A stretch of DNA of 64,000 nucleotides from Squalus acanthias (lineage: Eukaryota). Position 1 is the stretch's first letter, and each line of letters opens with the position of its first letter. The notes beneath the pieces were generated by a model. That model was not told where the DNA came from and searched no databases. It saw only the letters and a program-made list of their open reading frames with translations. The position numbers were made by a program, and so were the translations under genes. The DNA is taken from contig CM059432.1 in assembly GCA_030390025.1 (NCBI GenBank), positions 95,234,001 through 95,298,000 on the forward strand, written 5' to 3'. Shown here piece after piece: positions 59,213-64,000 of this stretch.

Positions 59213-62200
59213 GGGGCAATTTTTGTCCTCTTTCTATCCCATTTACACCCCAAAAGGGGCAGTAATGGTCATAAAATGATAGGGGATATGGTCTCATCCA
59301 GTTAGCACTTATTCCAGATATTGCCCTATTTCCCAAGAGCGAGGCGTGGCTCCTGACAGCCAGAGCTCCCTCTGAAACAGCCGGGAGCTTCATGAATACA
59401 TGGAAATCAAGGCCATGTGATGTCATTAAGATGTCAATAAGATTTCACGACCTTACCTCTCCACTAACGCCACTTCTTGGTCCCATCCATAAACTAGGAG
59501 CATTAGAAACTCTCAGGCAGTTATTTAAAATGCAATTTAATGGGATCCTCAGCTGCTCTCGGTTAATGATTTATGAACTTATGGATACATTCTCTTGCAG
59601 GAGCTTGTGAATAAATGATCTTGCACTAGCTTGTGGGGAACTTACCCTTACAGTTTGTACAAGTTTACTTTTTACTGTTATAGGCACTGGATTGTGAAGG
59701 GGGCTTCAGGTTGCCAAACTTTTAAATTCATGGGGATACTTCTGTGAATCCCAATCTGAAAGTAGGAGGAGGAAAAAGGAGTAAATAGAGCTGTACCTGG
59801 ACACCTCTTTTTCTGCCTTTACCAATATGGCAGGCGGCACCTTTCCGGCGTGTAATGTGCACACGTGCACTGACCGTCATGTTAGATGCTTAGGCGTCCA
59901 TTTTGCACCTGAAAAATGGGCATGGCACTGTTGAATTTTGAGACCATAGTTTTTAATGTTTTCATTGAAGTCTTGTATATTTTTATCTGATTTATGCATA
60001 GCCATGGCATTAAAAAAAAAACCCTTTCACTAACAATATGTTGTAACTAGAAATAAATCGTACTAGTCTGACATTTCCCAGTAGGTTTTTGAAATTGGGG
60101 CCTATTGGTGCAGTTCTGGCTATTGTAAAACTAAGAAACAATGTAGAAACTCTTGTATGTCAAGTCTACTTTAATGTTATAGAGTACTTCAATCTGCATT
60201 GGCCTGTGGAATATCTATACTGGTGGATGTCTGGTATTTGTATCTTTGTCTCATTTTCACCAAAATGCAGCTGCCCATGTCAAAATAACAATGCGTGGCA
60301 CAGCTTGAAAGGTACATGTGCTTTTACTTCAGATATAAATGTTTCAAAATTTTACTGTAAAACATTAATACTTAAATCTGATTCTTCATTTAGAAAATAG
60401 TCTTGATAAAGAAATAGAATTATTTGGTAAACTCACTTCAGCACCTAATATATTATCCATCCTTTGACTTATTCATCTTTTGTCTATCAAATGAAATTAA
60501 ATAAGTAGTCATTAGTAGTAAAACTACTAAAATGTTTTTCCAAAGGCCTCAGGAATCTATGATCTGCCATATGTTTTATATTAGTGCTGATGCCAATCAA
60601 TAAATATTATTTCAGTCTGTAGACTGCTAAATTTGTGAAGCATCTATCTTTCAGTTAGAAACTGTCCCAAAGCCAAATATTAGAAACACATATAAGGGTA
60701 AGATGAACCATTTAATAGATTAATCAATCTAAGGCTTTGCTGTCTGGGAAGCTTTTATGTATGGCATTCTTGAGCATTCCTGTGACCTCCATTTTCCTGA
60801 GATGCAGAGGAGTGTTTTAAAATTTCCTTACATTAAAATAGCTGCACAAAACGTTCTGCTCCCTACATGAGCAGCTGTTGATTGATTGTATTCCTTGTAG
60901 TAAAGAGCATTAAAGTGCCTCACTGAATCTGTTTTGCAGAAGCACTTCCCACAATTTTTAGTCTGCATGTTCCTGACTACTGAATTTGCTGTGTAGTCTG
61001 TCACTTTTTAATTATATTATAGCTGCAATTCAAATACATCCTAGTTGCAAATTGAAAGGGGTTTAAAGTGCTCTCTGTCATGATCATACCCCCATAAGCC
61101 TCTTTTTCCTCCTTATAATGTCTAGTACATTAGATGCTTCTTGACTAGATCATCCATTGAAAGGAGACCTTTCCTCGGGAATCAATTTATTCCCCATACA
61201 GTCTATGGAGCATTTGAATAAAGGAACATTTTACTCACTACTGGAGTATTGCTATTAAGGGGCTTTAATTGTACCGTTAATCATGTTGCTTTATATGACA
61301 TTGTGCTACAGCAATGTTTCTGCTGACAAAGTATGTGCCAATACAGGATGTCAAAGAACCTTCAGTGTACAATAACTCTGGGGCAAGGAGTGGATAATCT
61401 GGGAAAATTGAGACAGACTTTGATATGTACTTTGACAGAAGGGAACTACTGGTAGGGTTTATCTGTTGTGGATGTCTACTGAACAATCCTAAAGGAGGAA
61501 CTCTTCTAACCTTATCGATTCCAACAGTGTGTTCTTTGACGTTAATAAATAAACTTCACCAATGCCATGTTAAAGATTTTAATGTCAACTTATCTGTCAT
61601 CCTTTATTTAAACAGTTTAGGGTGGCAAATTTTTAGATAATCTGAATTTTTAAACTTATTTTGAACTTATTTTATTAACAGATACAACTGGAGGAAAAGG
61701 CAAAGAATCCTGATATGTCAAATATTCAAATGCCATAAACAGTGTATATGTCCCACTATGCACCTACATACAAAAATATGAAAAGAAGGGCGAGAAAAGA
61801 CCATCAGACCCATTAAGCCCACCCCGTTCAGTCAATACTGCAACATTGTACACTGTTTACTCACCCCCTAAAACAACAATCTTCTGGAGAGGCAAAAATA
61901 CTGAGAAATAAACCAGTGGCCAATTCAGGAAAAACTCTGAGAAATTTCTCTCCAGCTCCCTAAGGCAATCAGGCACACTCCATGAGACCACGGTTGACCA
62001 TGACTCATCGCAATCACAAGTAACTACCAACTTCCCTTAAACTGGAACTGTCCTCTTCTTTCAGGAAAGAAAGTGTTTCTGTTGATATAGTGGCCAGAAT
62101 TTTCCTTACCTTAGCGGGTCCCGACCCCGCTGCTGGCTCCATCCCACTGTATAGAATGAACTTACCTTAAATGGGGCCTATTAAGCCCACCCAGCGTGTT

Positions 62201-62450
62201 ACCTGGCCCAATTGGATGGAGCGGGTCTGGTGACATCATTCATGACGCGTTTTAAGCCGGGAGCCTTAAAGGGACCATGGCCACATTAAATTTTAAGTTC
62301 AATCTAACATAGTGAGTGTTGAATCTTTACTGTACAATCAAATAATAAAAGTTATATATGAGTGACAAAGAAATATTTAAGTAAAATCATTAAGTAATAT
62401 GACTCCATCTACAAATACGATCAGGAACATAATTAAAAATGTACATTAAT

Positions 62451-63179
62451 CTGGGTGGCGCTAACGGGGCGCAAAGGACTTATCGCCCGGACGGGGCGCT
62501 AATAGCGCTTGCCGAGAAATTTGGCGGGGCGCTACTGAGGCGCTAGCCGAGCGTCATCGGCGAGCGACGCGACCCGTAGTGCCCTGCCATGGCCCCTTAG
62601 CGCCCCGCAGCTGAAATTTGGCTGTGTCCTGCGAGGCTGCCACGAGCAATGTCAGCAACAGCCTCACGGGTCGCGAGCCAGGCTGCACACTGCTGGCGGG
62701 GCGCTAATTAAAGGGGCGGTCTGGCTGCGCGCCACCAGCCGACATTTTTTATTTTGGCCGACCTCCAGGTCGGCCCCACTTGATGGCCATTGGCGTGGTC
62801 CGTGGCCGTCATCGCGCCATCCAGCACCACGTCTCGGTGCCGGGCTGCAGCCACGGCACCACGCGGATCTGGTGGGATAGTGGAGGCTGTCAAACGACCT
62901 GCAGAGCTAGCAGTGGCCCTCCTCTTCAATGGAAGGGGAGGGGCGCTGAAATGCGTCAGCGCTACGTGGAGCGTCCCGCGTTGTGCTCTGGCGCTACCGC
63001 GCTTTGTGCCCCACGCACTGCCCCGAGAAGAAGTGGAGCGCCCGAGATAGTGCTCTGCTTCCTCGCTGGGGCGGTAAGCCCAGTTTAGCAGCTGGGGCTG
63101 TACTCCCGCCCCGGGTGCTAAATGTGAGCCGCTAATTCAGTTACCGCCCGCAAATGGGGCGTAAACAAATTTAACCCCC
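62451..63179. mobile_element. Harbinger-type non-autonomous element (TTAGCGCC group; left end missing)
   Basis: ggcgctaacggggcgcaaag start and caaatggggcg..aatttaaccccc end resemble the termini of 28567-32713. Confidence 0.78.
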
Positions 63180-63270
63180 ATAGACTTTCGTATCAGTAAC
63201 TGGCACAAATAAAAGATGTGTGTGTATAGGTAATACATAAAATTAAGCAGATTTTAAATGTAATTGTAAT

Positions 63271-63427
63271 GGGGTGGATTTACAATCTTATGCAAGTTCA
63301 GCAGAACAGCTGCGGAATCCCTGACAAACAGTGTAAGTGGTGCTTACAATGTGTTTCTGGGATTTCTGCAGCTCTTCCATTGAAGTTAACAATGGACAAA
63401 TGAGAGAACCTCTGCAGAAATTCACCC
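63271..63427. mobile_element. Short Harbinger-type MITE
   Basis: ggggtggattt / aaattcaccc termini. Confidence 0.5.
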
Positions 63428-63769
63428 TAAAGTCTTAGACTGAAAAATTAAATTGGTTATATTCAGGGACTGAAAGCAAATTGAACCAGTGGAATGAGTG
63501 ATGAGAATGAAATTGTTATAGTTGATGACTTGATTTAATGTGTAACTGGACAATCACAATATACTCTGAGAAAAACCTGACCAAAAACAACACAAACATT
63601 TATTCAAATGGTATATGTCTTTTTTTATATAGTGCAGATCAATTCACTGCAATTACTGTTCAGTTGGAAGGCAACAGCCGAGAATGGCCAGTGAAAAATT
63701 AACATTTACTTTCAAGTAGTACAGAATCTCCATCAATCTGTTAGCTGATATAATCAACATGTTTTTATT

Positions 63770-64000
63770 TTGGTTTGTTTTCCAAGCTGTCAAGTAATCA
63801 GCTGAAGCAATGGCCACTGAACTCCCGCCTCAGGTTGACAGACATGGTTCCTGAGCTGCGTGAATCCCGTGGCCATGCAGGAAAATTTAAAAAGTAGGGG
63901 GAAAAAAGCTCTTAAGTGCCTGTAAAGTACTTCATAATGATTTCAATTGGGTCCCCTGCCACTGCAGGTCGGGTCAGCTTCATGCTGACAGATGCGCCTG
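63770..64000. mobile_element. Harbinger (second family) subterminal fragment
   Basis: Colinear similarity to 55195-55400. Confidence 0.75.

Overview
Vertebrate genomic DNA, most likely from a cartilaginous fish (inferred from HE1/V-SINE-like, DeuSINE-like and CR1 repeat families). 1-18.5 kb holds the 3' part of a GATA6 gene on the + strand: six coding exon segments with canonical GT-AG junctions, both zinc fingers, and a 3'UTR with miR-10/miR-181/miR-196 8-mer sites. The last exon stops at a TAG about 30 codons before the ancestral C-terminus, whose decayed remnant is still readable in frame. The rest of the window is intergenic and dominated by transposons. The main one is an apparently intact autonomous PIF/Harbinger element (28567-32713; TTA TSD; 386-aa DDE transposase plus a convergent 3-exon, 459-aa Myb/SANT gene). 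It sits between two 893-bp non-autonomous relatives, and all three are nested in one older MITE at AAA-N3-TTA-N3-TTT sites. Also present are three decayed Harbingers, CR1 and L2 LINE pieces, SINEs, hAT and Tigger-like MITEs, a Penelope GIY-YIG fragment, and palindromic Penelope mini-insertions carrying minimal hammerhead ribozyme motifs. All calls were made by eye; no database searches were run.
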